64,000 nucleotides of DNA from Ignavibacteriota bacterium (GTDB lineage: Bacteria; Bacteroidota; Ignavibacteria; UBA10030), in assembly GCA_963727825.1 (NCBI GenBank), contig CAVSHO010000007.1, forward strand, positions 260,926 to 324,925, read 5' to 3'. The notes below the pieces were generated by a model that saw nothing but the letters and a program-made list of their open reading frames with translations, did not search any database and was not told where the DNA came from. This document shows, in pieces, positions 1 through 10,592 of the stretch. How positions within the stretch are numbered: position 1 is the stretch's first letter; every line of letters begins with the position of its first letter. The position numbers and the translations under genes are program-made.

Positions 1-587
1 TCGATCCATTTGTAAATCAACCAGACACTATTCGGCCATTTTTACTTCTTGGTTCTATTGCGTCTCTCATCATTTTTATTCTTCTTTTTTTCAAAGCAGA
101 GGCATCATTTCGATTTTTAGCTAAAGTTCTCCGTTTTCTTCCTGACAAGCAGAAAGAAAAAGTAGAAATAATATTAGATAGATTTTATACTGGATTTGCT
201 GTAGCAAAATTACACGAAAAATTTGGCGTGATTTTATTCCAGAGTTTTTTAATTTGGGCATTGAATGCACTGATAATGTTTGTGCCTTTCTTCGCATTTG
301 CTCCATTAATAAAATCAGGAATGGATTTTGGCGCATCTGTAGTGCTGTTGGTAATTTCATCTGTCGCATGGATTTTGCCTGCTCCCGGTGCGATGGGAAC
401 ATATCATTCTTTCTTAAAAGTCGCGATGATGAAGCTGTATGGAATTGATGAGGCAACGTCGTTGAGTTACGCAATTGTTACGCATGAGGTGGGATATATC
501 GTTGTTATGGTTATCGGGGCATATTATTTTTTTCATGACCATCTTCAAGTGTCCGATTTAACTAGAGCTTCATCAAAAGAAGAATGA
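1..587 (+). CDS. Lysylphosphatidylglycerol synthase-like (UPF0104/flippase-like) membrane protein, 5'-partial
   Basis: Frame is open from base 3 to TGA at 585-587. Hydrophobic helices and the family motif 'ILPAPGAMGTYH...ALSYAIVTH'-like segment are present. Confidence 0.75.
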   Translation, partial: DPFVNQPDTIRPFLLLGSIASLIIFILLFFKAEASFRFLAKVLRFLPDKQKEKVEIILDRFYTGFAVAKLHEKFGVILFQSFLIWALNALIMFVPFFAFAPLIKSGMDFGASVVLLVISSVAWILPAPGAMGTYHSFLKVAMMKLYGIDEATSLSYAIVTHEVGYIVVMVIGAYYFFHDHLQVSDLTRASSKEE

Positions 588-725
588 ATATAATACATAC
601 AATGAAATCCATTGAAACCTGGAAATGGTCGATCTTTAACTTAGAAGTGATAAACAGAATTATTAACTCATGTTACGCATGAACTGAAAAACGACAATTG
701 GCAGTGATCAATATTAAAAACTTCG

Positions 726-795
726 ACCTCCCAATATCCCCTCCTTGGCAAGGAGGGGAAAATTTATCCGCCGGCTTTCGGGCGGAAGTGGAGGT
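726..795. repeat. Composite palindromic intergenic element (REP-like, two hairpins inside an outer stem)
   Basis: TCCCCTCCTT-ggc-AAGGAGGGGA (737-759), TCCGCC-n8-GGCGGA (767-786), outer ACCTCC/GGAGGT (726-731/790-795). Confidence 0.6.
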
Positions 796-870
796 GTATC
801 GAGTAATCTCTCATTGTAATCTGTAAAGTTGGTTTTTTTACGTAACATCAATTATTAAATAAGGAAATGC

Positions 871-1683
871 GTGTTGAGTATATTTGATGCAGTTCTTTTA
901 GCAATTCTTGAGGGATTTACTGAGTTCTTGCCGGTTAGCAGTTCCGGACATTTGGTGCTGGCACAGGAATTGCTAAATCTGCCTGGTACACAGTTAATAG
1001 TCTTCGATATCTTTGTGCATTTCGGTGCACTCATGAGTGTTGTGTTCGTTTTTTGGAAAGATATTCTTGAAATACTGCAGTCGTTCACTAAAGCTTTTAC
1101 GACTATGAAACTGAAAGAAGAATACAAAAAGACAGAGCATTTTCGGCTTGGTGTTGCGATTATCATCGGCTCAATTCCGGCGGGAATTATTGGACTGCTC
1201 TACCGCCATCAGATTGGAGCGGCGTTCACTGATCCAAAACTTGTGGCGATGAATCTCGTTATCACCGGACTAATTATATTCTTGACTCGGCTTGCTAAAC
1301 CAATAGAAGGGAAAAAGGTTGGGTTGGCAGCGGCGTTCATCATTGGGCTTGCACAGGCAGTTGCGATTCTGCCGGGAATTTCACGTTCTGGTTCTACAAT
1401 GAGTGCCGCCATGTTTTTTAAAATACCTCCTGTCCGAGCAGCACGAATCTCATTTCTTCTCTCTGTTCCGGCTATTGCAGGTGCATCGCTCTTGGAAGGG
1501 TACAGAATTTATAAGTACGGCACTACGATTAGTGCACTCCCGTTGCTCGTTGGTACGACAGTGTCAGCAATCGCAGGCTACTTCGCTATCAAAATGTTGT
1601 TGAAAATTATGGAGAAAGGAAAATTCAGTTGGTTCTCACTTTATTGTTTGACAATCGGCATTCTTGGCATTCTCTTTATATAA
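871..1683 (+). CDS. uppP: Undecaprenyl-diphosphate phosphatase
   Basis: Motifs EGFTEFLPVSSSGHL and PGISRSGST; multi-pass membrane protein. Confidence 0.95.
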   Translation: MLSIFDAVLLAILEGFTEFLPVSSSGHLVLAQELLNLPGTQLIVFDIFVHFGALMSVVFVFWKDILEILQSFTKAFTTMKLKEEYKKTEHFRLGVAIIIGSIPAGIIGLLYRHQIGAAFTDPKLVAMNLVITGLIIFLTRLAKPIEGKKVGLAAAFIIGLAQAVAILPGISRSGSTMSAAMFFKIPPVRAARISFLLSVPAIAGASLLEGYRIYKYGTTISALPLLVGTTVSAIAGYFAIKMLLKIMEKGKFSWFSLYCLTIGILGILFI

Positions 1684-1693
1684 GGAATAAATT

Positions 1694-2290
1694 ATGTACA
1701 CAACAAAACTTATAGTCTGTCTTACAATCATCTTTGGACTTTCACAGTCCATTGGCTGTCAATCTGATACAACAAAAGGAAAAACCGTGAACATTTTAAT
1801 CGAAACAACCAAAGGCAATATTGAATTAGAATTATTTGAATCCGATGCACCGAAGACTGTCGCAAACTTCGTCGGACTTGCCGAACAAGGCTACTACAAT
1901 GGTATCATCTTCCATCGCGTCTCCAAGGGATTCGTAATCCAAGGTGGCGACTCTACTGGAACGGGCAGAGGCGGAAAAAGTATTTACGGAAAAGAATTCG
2001 AAGACGAACTAAATCCTGCAACGTTGTCCTATAAGGAAGGATACAAACGCGGCACAGTAGCGATGGCAAATCGTGGACCGAACACGAACACAAGTCAGTT
2101 CTTTATCATGCTGAGCGATGTGCCGATGCCTAAGAACTATACAATATTTGGTAAAGTAACGAAAGGAATGAATGTAGTAGATTCAATTGCGGCGGTCGAG
2201 ATTATCCCACAGATGGGAGATACAGACGGCAAGCCAAAAGTTGATGTTGTAATGAAAAAGGTTACGGTGAAAAAAGAAGCAGGGAAATAA
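1694..2290 (+). CDS. Cyclophilin-type peptidyl-prolyl cis-trans isomerase with N-terminal signal
   Basis: APKTVANF, FHRV...FVIQGGD, GTVAMAN, SQFFI, YTIFGKV. Confidence 0.95.
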   Translation: MYTTKLIVCLTIIFGLSQSIGCQSDTTKGKTVNILIETTKGNIELELFESDAPKTVANFVGLAEQGYYNGIIFHRVSKGFVIQGGDSTGTGRGGKSIYGKEFEDELNPATLSYKEGYKRGTVAMANRGPNTNTSQFFIMLSDVPMPKNYTIFGKVTKGMNVVDSIAAVEIIPQMGDTDGKPKVDVVMKKVTVKKEAGK

Positions 2291-2295
2291 TATCC

Positions 2296-3357
2296 GTGTC
2301 AATGTTGAAATCTAAAAAAGATAAATTCCCAAATTACGACGACTTCCTTGAATCGACGAAAGGTAAGAAGTATGCGCCGGTGTATCTGTTTATTGGAGAG
2401 GAAGATTTCTTCAGTGAGGAATGTGTGGATCGTGTCATTAGCGATTTGTTGACGGCAGACACCAAGGCATTCAATCTCGATATTGTGTACGGAAGTAAAG
2501 CTGATACAAGCCAGGTAATGGCGCATGCAGCCTCATTTCCTATGATGAGCGATCGGCGCGTAGTTGTAATAAAAGAATTCGATAGATTACTTTCCGGTGA
2601 CTCAGATAAGGAACTAGTATCTGCTTACATTGCTCGTCCATTAGAATCGACCTGCCTTGTCCTGTTAGCCGAGAAACCTGATTTTCGTACGAAGCCGTTT
2701 GTAGATCTGAAAAAAAACGGCGCAGTATTCTCTTTCAACCCACTCTATGATAATCAAATTCCTGTGTGGATTGCCGCCAAATGCAAAAAGATGGGAAAAG
2801 AAGCCGATATTGAAGCTTGTCGATTAATGCAGGCATATGTTGGAAATTCACTCCGAGCAATCCAGAATGAATTGGACAAACTTTTCACATACATCGGAGA
2901 ACGAATGCATGTAACACAGGAGGACGTTGCGGATATAGTGGGAGTCTCACGCGGATTCACAATTTTCGATTTGCAAAATGCAATCGGGAAGAAAAATATT
3001 AATGAAGCGATACGAATTGTGAAACGTACAATTGAAACAGGTGAACCGTCGCTGCAACTTACTATTGCTATGCTCACAAGATTTTTTAACCTAGTATGGA
3101 AAGTACAGGACATGCTCAATCACGGCGCCTCCGATTCAGATGTTATTACTGCAACAAGAATTTCCCCGTATTACTTTAAAAACTATGCAGAGGCAGCAAG
3201 GCGATTTTCATCTTCACAGATTGAAAACTCATTTAGTGTTCTTCTTGATGCGGATTTACAATTAAAAAGTACATCACCCGATCCGTACCATCTGATGGAA
3301 ATGTTGGTTTATTCACTCATCTATGATGCTAAACCAACGGAAAAAGTTTTACTGTAA
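2296..3357 (+). CDS. holA: DNA polymerase III delta subunit
   Basis: PVYLFIGEEDF, SFPMMSDRRVVVIK, IQNELDKL, DLQLKS; typical length. Confidence 0.9.
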   Translation: MSMLKSKKDKFPNYDDFLESTKGKKYAPVYLFIGEEDFFSEECVDRVISDLLTADTKAFNLDIVYGSKADTSQVMAHAASFPMMSDRRVVVIKEFDRLLSGDSDKELVSAYIARPLESTCLVLLAEKPDFRTKPFVDLKKNGAVFSFNPLYDNQIPVWIAAKCKKMGKEADIEACRLMQAYVGNSLRAIQNELDKLFTYIGERMHVTQEDVADIVGVSRGFTIFDLQNAIGKKNINEAIRIVKRTIETGEPSLQLTIAMLTRFFNLVWKVQDMLNHGASDSDVITATRISPYYFKNYAEAARRFSSSQIENSFSVLLDADLQLKSTSPDPYHLMEMLVYSLIYDAKPTEKVLL

Positions 3358-3475
3358 ACAACGCGAATCTCCCAAAGGATATTTCTATCTCATATTTCTT
3401 ACTTACTTGATTAAGCAGTATAGATGTCGTATTTTATATAGAGAATTCAATTCACTAAAAATTGTATTGAGGCAG

Positions 3476-5846
3476 ATGCAGCGGTTTGTTATTGCGGTTA
3501 TATCATTGCTCATTCTTAGTTGTTCTTCAGAACAAGCAACTCATACCAGGTACTAGTCCAATAGTACAATCTTTAGATACTCAAAAAGCAATTCCATCCA
3601 GCAAGGGAATCAAAATCTCTTCGATTGAAGCGTTGAATGGAATCACACCGCATATAAGCAAGCCCAAATCCGACACTGCCGATTCACTAAACAATGCAGC
3701 GGATACAGTTTATGCAAATGGTAATGGCGGTATTACCTCCGACACTTTGAACGAGGATATGGAACTCATTCTCCAGCGGCTTGAGCAAGCTCGCCAGCAT
3801 TATTTACTTGCGCTTGCCTCACAAGAATCGGGAGATTCTGTCAGCTGCGGAATTGAATTTGAAGCCGCGATTCAGATTCTTAACGAGCTAAGTGATTATT
3901 CTAGCATCGATAGTTCTAAAGAATATAAGGATTTGAGTAAGAGTCTTGTAGAAGATTACGAAAAGTACATTGCGCAAATCGACAGTCTTGGCCCGAATGC
4001 ATCCGTATATGCACTTCGGGAAAAAATAAATCAATTTGTGGAACAAGGTGACACCACAGGATTAAAGATTCCGCGCTTTGAAATTAAAGGAACACAGGTC
4101 CCATTGCCGCTCAACGAGTATGTTGAGCGCGCCACTGCATTTTTTATGGGCAAAGGCAGGCATTATATAGAGCGCTGGCTTTATCTCTCGGGCAAGTATT
4201 TTCCTATTATGAAACGCGTTTTCAAAGAGGAAGGAGCTCCTGAAGAACTTGCTTGCTTAGCTATGCCAGAAAGCGGTTTGCGTCCTGATGCACGTTCGTG
4301 GGCACGTTGTGTAGGATTATGGCAGTTTTCGAAGGGAACCGGTTCACTTTACGGATTGCGTGCGAATTGGTGGATTGATGAAAGACGAGACTTTGAAAAA
4401 TCAACGCGCGCAGCGGCCAGGCATTTGAAGGATTTGTATTCTGAATTAAACGATTGGAATTTAGTATTAGGGGCATACGATGCAGGTGCAGGAAGAATCT
4501 TTCGTGCAATGCGGCGAAGCGGTTCAAACGACTATTGGGAAATGAGAAAGTACTTACCGCGTGAGACACGAAATTATATTCCTCAATATGTTGCAGTCAC
4601 TAGAATTGTTCTGAATCCACAAAGGCATGGTTTCACCGACGTGCAAAAGGCGGATTCACTTGCATTCGATGTAGTGAATATTGATGACTGTATCGATTTG
4701 CGTATACTTGCAAAGTGCGCTTTGACCACAGTGGATACACTGCAGGAACTTAATCCAGAACTACTTCGTTGGTGCACTCCCCCCGGTGTTACTGGATATC
4801 GGTTCCGAATTCCATACGGAAGAAAAGATACGTTTCTTGTTAACTATTCCCATATTCCTGTTGAACAAAAAAAGGATTGGGCAATTCATACAGTTAAGCG
4901 CGGCGAAACAGTTTCATCCATTGCCCGCAAATATGGATTAGCTGCATCTCTTTTGAATGATGTAAACAATATTCATACCAGCAGACGTTTGCGTGTTGGT
5001 ACAGTGCTCGCAATTCCAATTCCACGCGATGCAGCAGATAGTAAAGTTCCATTTGATTATTCGCCGGAGGTAAGGGGGATGAACTTTGGTGCGATGAAAT
5101 CCTATGCAGCGAAAGATGAAGTTAGCAAAACAAAGTTGAGGCACGCGAAGAGAGAAGTGGAACAGCCCAAAGGGAAAAAGAAACTTGTCTATCATGTCAA
5201 ACGAGGCGACACGATTGGGCATATCGCTGAATGGTATGGTGTGCGTGCCAGCGATATTCGAAATTGGAATGACATTGCATACGGCAGCTACATTCATGCG
5301 GGTCAAGCTATTGCCATCTGGGTATCAGAAACAAAGGCGAAACTATTAACAAAAATTGACAAGATGGAGTTCTCAGAAAAGCAATCGTTGATAAAAGGTG
5401 ATCTTGCAGAAGCGGCTCGATCAGAAGAAGTAAATACGAGAACTAAATCTTCGTCAACAGAATGGCTTCAACACACAGTCAAATCCGGTGAGACACTAGA
5501 GAAAATTGCACGGACGTTTGAAGTCAGCATCAGCGATTTGAAACGGTGGAATAATCTTCGTACTTCGCGGATTGTTGCCGGGCAATCGCTGGAAATTTAC
5601 GATAAGCCTGAAGAACGCGTCAAGATTGTTTCATCATCAGCAAAATATCCTACAGAACATTCGGTTAAAACATCGAGCACAGGTATTTTCTCACCAACGC
5701 ACAAAGTGAAAAAAGGCGAATCGATTTACACAATCGCCAAGATGTATGGTGTGGATATCCAGAAGCTGAAAAAGCAAAACGGTCTGCATAGGAATAAAAT
5801 TCTCGTTGGGCAAATCCTGAAAATACCATCCAAAACGCAATCATAG
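3476..5846 (+). CDS. mltD: MltD-like lytic transglycosylase with four LysM domains; lipoprotein signal lies in a shifted frame
   Basis: SLT motifs LAMPESGL, GLWQF, AYDAG, ETRNYIP; four LysM repeats (HTVKRGETV, YHVKRGDT, HTVKSGET, HKVKKGES). ATG 3476 with GAGG upstream encodes MQRFVIAVISLLILSC, one base out of frame with the body. Confidence 0.85.
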
Positions 5847-5953
5847 CATTGGTGTTATCGAATTATTATTTTTGATTTTATCTGAAAAAGAATATTGACT
5901 CTCAATCAAAAATATATACATTGAGTGAGGATTCTGTAGTAAAGCTTTCCATT

Positions 5954-8065
5954 ATGCAAATGAACAATAAATTACTTATTCGATTTTTCTTTTTCCTTCC
6001 TTTTCTTTTTCCACTATTTACAACTGAAGCACAGCACTTAAGTAAAACGACTGACGATGATAACTCTAAGTATACGAATGTTGGCAATATTGCAATTACT
6101 GTTTCAAATTTCGGTGTCTTTGGGAATGGACTGAATGATTGGCCGACAACAGGTTTTCGACAGCCCTCCATGGAATATCCGCGCGGTTCGGGTATAGAAC
6201 ATCTATTTATAGGCGGGCTCTGGGTAGGCGCGATGACTGTTAATGGTATTCACGTTACAACAGGTGCTGTAGACGTCAGTTCTATAGCTCCAGGAAAGCA
6301 GTATCAAGGATTTGAATTTACTACCGGAGTAAATTCAATAGTTATCGAAAAATCTACATTACCGGATAGCAGATTTTATGATCCTTCCGCCATCAGTCAT
6401 CAAGACTTCATTGCTGATTTTACCGATACGAATACAATAAACCCTGCAAATAATCAGACAATTTTCAACCATAGCCCAATGGGCATTAATGTGCACATGG
6501 AAACTTATGCCTTCAATTATTCTTTCGCAGACAATTTTGTTATTTTTAATTACTGGATAAAAAATATAAGCGGAAATTCGTTAGATAGTGTCTATGTCGG
6601 TCTATACGCTGATCTCGTTGTAAGAGATTGGAATCTTACTCCTTCAACGGTTGGAACGCCGTACTATAATAAAGGCGGGCTGGGATATGTTGATACACTC
6701 AATCTCGCTTATGCCTACGATTTTGATGGTGATGGCGGTGCTGCGGATTCGTATGGAGGAATAAAATTTTTGGGTTCTTCACCATATAAAAACGCAACAC
6801 TTTATCAATCTTGGCTGTACAATAATAGTACTGATGCGACATTTTTTTCCCCACTCACAGATGATGTAAAATATAGTAAAATGGCTACTGCGTTATTACC
6901 TGCGCAATTAAATGCACTATTTGGAATTGGCGGAGATGGAAAACCAAGCAACAATATGACATTGTTAACTGTAGGGCCATTTTCACATATTGCTGCCGGT
7001 GATTCTGTAAACGTAGTTTTTGCACTGCTTGCAGCTAAGATGCAAACCTGGGGACCGCCTGATCCCGATAACCTGACGTACTATCCGCATAACCGCGATA
7101 AATTATATCAAACATGCACATGGGCACAAAAAACGTATAATGGTGAAGATCGTAATGGCAACGGTATCCAGGATTCTAATGAAGTATGGACAGGTCACGA
7201 TGCGGCAGGACGTCCAGCACCTAAGCGATATTTCTTGCCTTCACCACCAAATGCCCCGCACGTAAAAGTTGTATTGTCAAGTAAGACAGCAGATATTTAT
7301 TGGGATAGAGGTGCCGAGGACTCTGTTGATCCAATTTCATTCCTGAAAGATTTTGAAGGATATAGAGTATACGGTACAAATACAGGTGCTGATTTAGTCG
7401 GAACAAGTGAGCTTCTTTCAAAATTAATTCTCCTTGGCGATTTTGATCGTGCAGATGATCAAATAGGTTATAATACTGGATTTGGTCGTATCCGGCTCAG
7501 TGCACCTGTTCAATTTTTACATGATACAACACATTATTATTATAAATTCACCGTACCAAATTTACTCAATGGATGGCAATATGGATTTGCCGTCACAGCA
7601 TATGATTCAGGCGATGCAGCGACAAACCTTATCAGCCTTGAAAGCAGCGCGTTGCAGACTCTTCAAAGAGTGGTTCCAGGAACTCCACCCCAGCAAAATG
7701 GAAGTCATCCGGTTGGAGTTTATCCCAACCCGTATTATACTCGTGCCTATTGGGATGGAACGCAAGAACGCGATCGTAAACTTTATTTCTTTAACCTGCC
7801 CGCACACGCAGAAATTAGAATCTATACACTTGCAGGCGACGTGGTAGATGTTATGCAGCACGATGCAGCGACCTACAATGCCAATGACATACAATGGTTT
7901 CAATCAACGTTCTCGGATGGCACTCAACAATTAGCTGGCGGTGAGCATGCGTGGGACTTGATTACGAGGAAAGATCAGGCAGTTGCATCAGGATTGTATT
8001 TATTTACAGTAAAGAATAAAGATACAGGTGAAATGCAACGGGGTAAATTTTTAGTTATTAAATAA
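5954..8065 (+). CDS. Secreted hypothetical protein with T9SS-type C-terminal domain (TonB/PorV-locus partner)
   Basis: Signal peptide; YPRGSGIEHLFIGGLWVGA; FnIII-like DFEGYRVY segment; C-terminal VYPNPY...IRIYTLAGDVV...WDL...VASGLYLFTV...GKFLVIK. Confidence 0.75.
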   Translation: MQMNNKLLIRFFFFLPFLFPLFTTEAQHLSKTTDDDNSKYTNVGNIAITVSNFGVFGNGLNDWPTTGFRQPSMEYPRGSGIEHLFIGGLWVGAMTVNGIHVTTGAVDVSSIAPGKQYQGFEFTTGVNSIVIEKSTLPDSRFYDPSAISHQDFIADFTDTNTINPANNQTIFNHSPMGINVHMETYAFNYSFADNFVIFNYWIKNISGNSLDSVYVGLYADLVVRDWNLTPSTVGTPYYNKGGLGYVDTLNLAYAYDFDGDGGAADSYGGIKFLGSSPYKNATLYQSWLYNNSTDATFFSPLTDDVKYSKMATALLPAQLNALFGIGGDGKPSNNMTLLTVGPFSHIAAGDSVNVVFALLAAKMQTWGPPDPDNLTYYPHNRDKLYQTCTWAQKTYNGEDRNGNGIQDSNEVWTGHDAAGRPAPKRYFLPSPPNAPHVKVVLSSKTADIYWDRGAEDSVDPISFLKDFEGYRVYGTNTGADLVGTSELLSKLILLGDFDRADDQIGYNTGFGRIRLSAPVQFLHDTTHYYYKFTVPNLLNGWQYGFAVTAYDSGDAATNLISLESSALQTLQRVVPGTPPQQNGSHPVGVYPNPYYTRAYWDGTQERDRKLYFFNLPAHAEIRIYTLAGDVVDVMQHDAATYNANDIQWFQSTFSDGTQQLAGGEHAWDLITRKDQAVASGLYLFTVKNKDTGEMQRGKFLVIK

Positions 8066-8110
8066 TTCATTCATTTTCAATTCATTCACTTTAAAATAAT
8101 GGAGGTATTT

Positions 8111-10534
8111 ATGAAAATGCGATTACTTGTTTTTATTTTAATCGCTATTTGTATTTGTGGATTTCTTTCGACCACAAATGCGCAGAAGGTTATCACCATT
8201 CCACAACTGCAGTACACTTCAAGAGATTCGTTACTAAAACTGGATACACTTCAAAATGCTGCGAGTGCAATACGGCTTGATAAATCTTCCTATTGGCATG
8301 GTTCTGGAACAGCATACAATGACGATGCAAAAAATGATACGGTACAGGTGAAAGGCGTCGTAATTGTTGCACCGCGTACTCTTACGTACACACTTGCCAG
8401 ATTCAATATTTATTTACAGGATAGTGCAGGGAATGTGTTTGGAGGCCTCAACGTTCTCACCGACGATACTTCAGCAACTGCCCAGGGGACGGGAATAACG
8501 GCTCTTGATACAGGAGACGTTGTAACTATTACCGGAAAACTAAAGGAATACAGTGCGAGCGGTCAAAATAACTCGCTTACGGAGATACTTTGCTATTCAA
8601 AGGGCTTTTATGAGAAAGTGACGCCTGTAAATGTTTCTAGTTCATGGAAGAACAACACAGGAGTGCGTCCCAAGCCTATAGAATTCGTGGGCTGTGATAC
8701 TTTTGCTAGAGGATTGTTTCCAAAACCATCCAGTGGCGAACAATATGAGGGAATGTATGTACGTATCGATAGTGTGACGGTGACCGCCATTGATGCCGGT
8801 TACGGTAGTTTTACATTTATGGATTCAAGGGGAAATATGATGAAGATGTACGATGGTTCAAAATGGTATACCCTTCGTTCCCATGCAGCGACGAACTCGA
8901 CATATACACCTCCTCCCGTTGGAACGGTTTTGAAATATATCCAAGGAGTGATTGTTGATCAAGCAAGAACTGGTACGTGTGGCGACTATTGTGTTATGCC
9001 GTTGTATCCAGGACCAAATGAACTTAAAGGGTCAACTTATCCCGGTGATATTGTTGTAAGTCAATATGGACCGGCAATTACGTCGCTTCGACGATTGCCA
9101 TCTCCACCAAAGCCAACAGATATCGTAAATATAACATACAAATCTTATAATCCAGCCAATATTTCTCAAAATGCAGATAGTACATTCTTTAAATATAGAG
9201 TTGGAACGCAATCCAATGTGAGAAGCATTTTGCCTTGGCAGAGGGTGAAGATTAATTTCGTTGCTGGAGATACCGTTTATCACGCATCTATACCTGCACA
9301 AGCAGAAGGTTCACTGGTAAGTTATTATGTGGAATCATGGTTGGCGGGGGTTCAGAGTACATCACCGGATTCGTCGATTCCCTCTTTTTATGTCGTAAGA
9401 GCTGCTGGTCCGAATCTCTATGATGTTTGTTATTCACCATTTGCCAATGGTGCGTCGGGTTTTGCGTACGATACTGTTACAGTGAGTGGTGTTATTATTG
9501 CTGATACAACCGATATACAAGATATAGCTACACGAGGCGGACGAGCGAATTCTCCATTGTTATGGTTGCAGGCAGGAACGTCTATGTATAATGGTATCCA
9601 AATTTGGAGTCCCCTTGGAAAAATTATTGATACATTGAAACGTGGAGATAGCGTCTCTGTGCGTGGTTCAGTGTATGGAACTACCAATAGGATACAATTA
9701 GCGGTTACATCCATGCCGTACTTTAGACGTGGTGGCTCCGTTATTCCTGCGCCTAAAATGCAACAAGTGGCGAGTTCACCGTACTTCGACTATGATGTAT
9801 TAAGTCCTATTGGGGCAACTATCTCTGGAACCTCCACCGCCTACGCATTTCAAGAATTTATGTCAATGCTTAATGAGGTTGATAATTGGTATGTCGTCCT
9901 TCGCAATGCGGATAATCAGTTAAACACTGCTATAAATAATTATGGAGAGTTCTTTATATCAAGTAGTACTACACCTAACTCCATTGGATCGTTTTACGGT
10001 GTTCGTGTGGATGATAATGGTGTGAACAATTATTACTGTGATACAAGCAGCATGTATATTTCAGGAGGGATTTATAGTTATAACACCACCCATCTTTTTA
10101 CGGTCGGTATAAAAGGTAATCCGGCATATCTGATTCCATTGTATGCGAAGATTTCATACGTACGTGGCATATTAGATTATACAAACGGCAATTATAAATT
10201 AGAACCACGGAAGAATGATGACTTTGGTATTATCACGACTGAAGTCTTCAAAGAGCAGAACACTCTTCCAACAGGATTTAAACTAGAGCAAAATTATCCT
10301 AATCCATTTAATCCCACGACAACTATTCGCTATATGTTGCCTATGACGAGTAAGGTGACATTGAGAATATATAATATTCTGGGACAAGAAGTAGAATCAT
10401 TATTTGATGGTCAAGCAACAGCGGGTGCATACGTCGTTCAGTTCAATGCATCACGACTCGCAAGTGGTGTATACTTCTATGAACTTAGAGCAGGTGATTT
10501 CCGGGATATTAAAAAAATGGTTCTATTGAAGTAA
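8111..10534 (+). CDS. T9SS type A sorting domain protein with repeated OB-fold-like modules
   Basis: GGAGGT RBS before ATG 8111; signal peptide; GDVVTITGKLKEY, EQYEGMYVRIDSVTV, GDSVSVRG, VRGILDY...YKLEPR; C-terminal LEQNYPNPFNPTTTIRY...LASGVYFYEL...KKMVLLK. Confidence 0.85.
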   Translation: MKMRLLVFILIAICICGFLSTTNAQKVITIPQLQYTSRDSLLKLDTLQNAASAIRLDKSSYWHGSGTAYNDDAKNDTVQVKGVVIVAPRTLTYTLARFNIYLQDSAGNVFGGLNVLTDDTSATAQGTGITALDTGDVVTITGKLKEYSASGQNNSLTEILCYSKGFYEKVTPVNVSSSWKNNTGVRPKPIEFVGCDTFARGLFPKPSSGEQYEGMYVRIDSVTVTAIDAGYGSFTFMDSRGNMMKMYDGSKWYTLRSHAATNSTYTPPPVGTVLKYIQGVIVDQARTGTCGDYCVMPLYPGPNELKGSTYPGDIVVSQYGPAITSLRRLPSPPKPTDIVNITYKSYNPANISQNADSTFFKYRVGTQSNVRSILPWQRVKINFVAGDTVYHASIPAQAEGSLVSYYVESWLAGVQSTSPDSSIPSFYVVRAAGPNLYDVCYSPFANGASGFAYDTVTVSGVIIADTTDIQDIATRGGRANSPLLWLQAGTSMYNGIQIWSPLGKIIDTLKRGDSVSVRGSVYGTTNRIQLAVTSMPYFRRGGSVIPAPKMQQVASSPYFDYDVLSPIGATISGTSTAYAFQEFMSMLNEVDNWYVVLRNADNQLNTAINNYGEFFISSSTTPNSIGSFYGVRVDDNGVNNYYCDTSSMYISGGIYSYNTTHLFTVGIKGNPAYLIPLYAKISYVRGILDYTNGNYKLEPRKNDDFGIITTEVFKEQNTLPTGFKLEQNYPNPFNPTTTIRYMLPMTSKVTLRIYNILGQEVESLFDGQATAGAYVVQFNASRLASGVYFYELRAGDFRDIKKMVLLK

Positions 10535-10541
10535 TTGTTCA

Positions 10542-10572
10542 GGCGGAGAGGTGCTTGCTGCTCCTCTCCGCC
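10542..10572 (+). promoter_or_regulatory. Intra-operon GC-rich stem-loop (mRNA-stabilising or attenuating)
   Basis: GGCGGAGAGG-n11-CCTCTCCGCC, a perfect 10-bp stem, starting 8 nt after the stop at 10534; no U-tract follows. Confidence 0.5.
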
Positions 10573-10592
10573 GCTATTATTTGAGGACTCTC

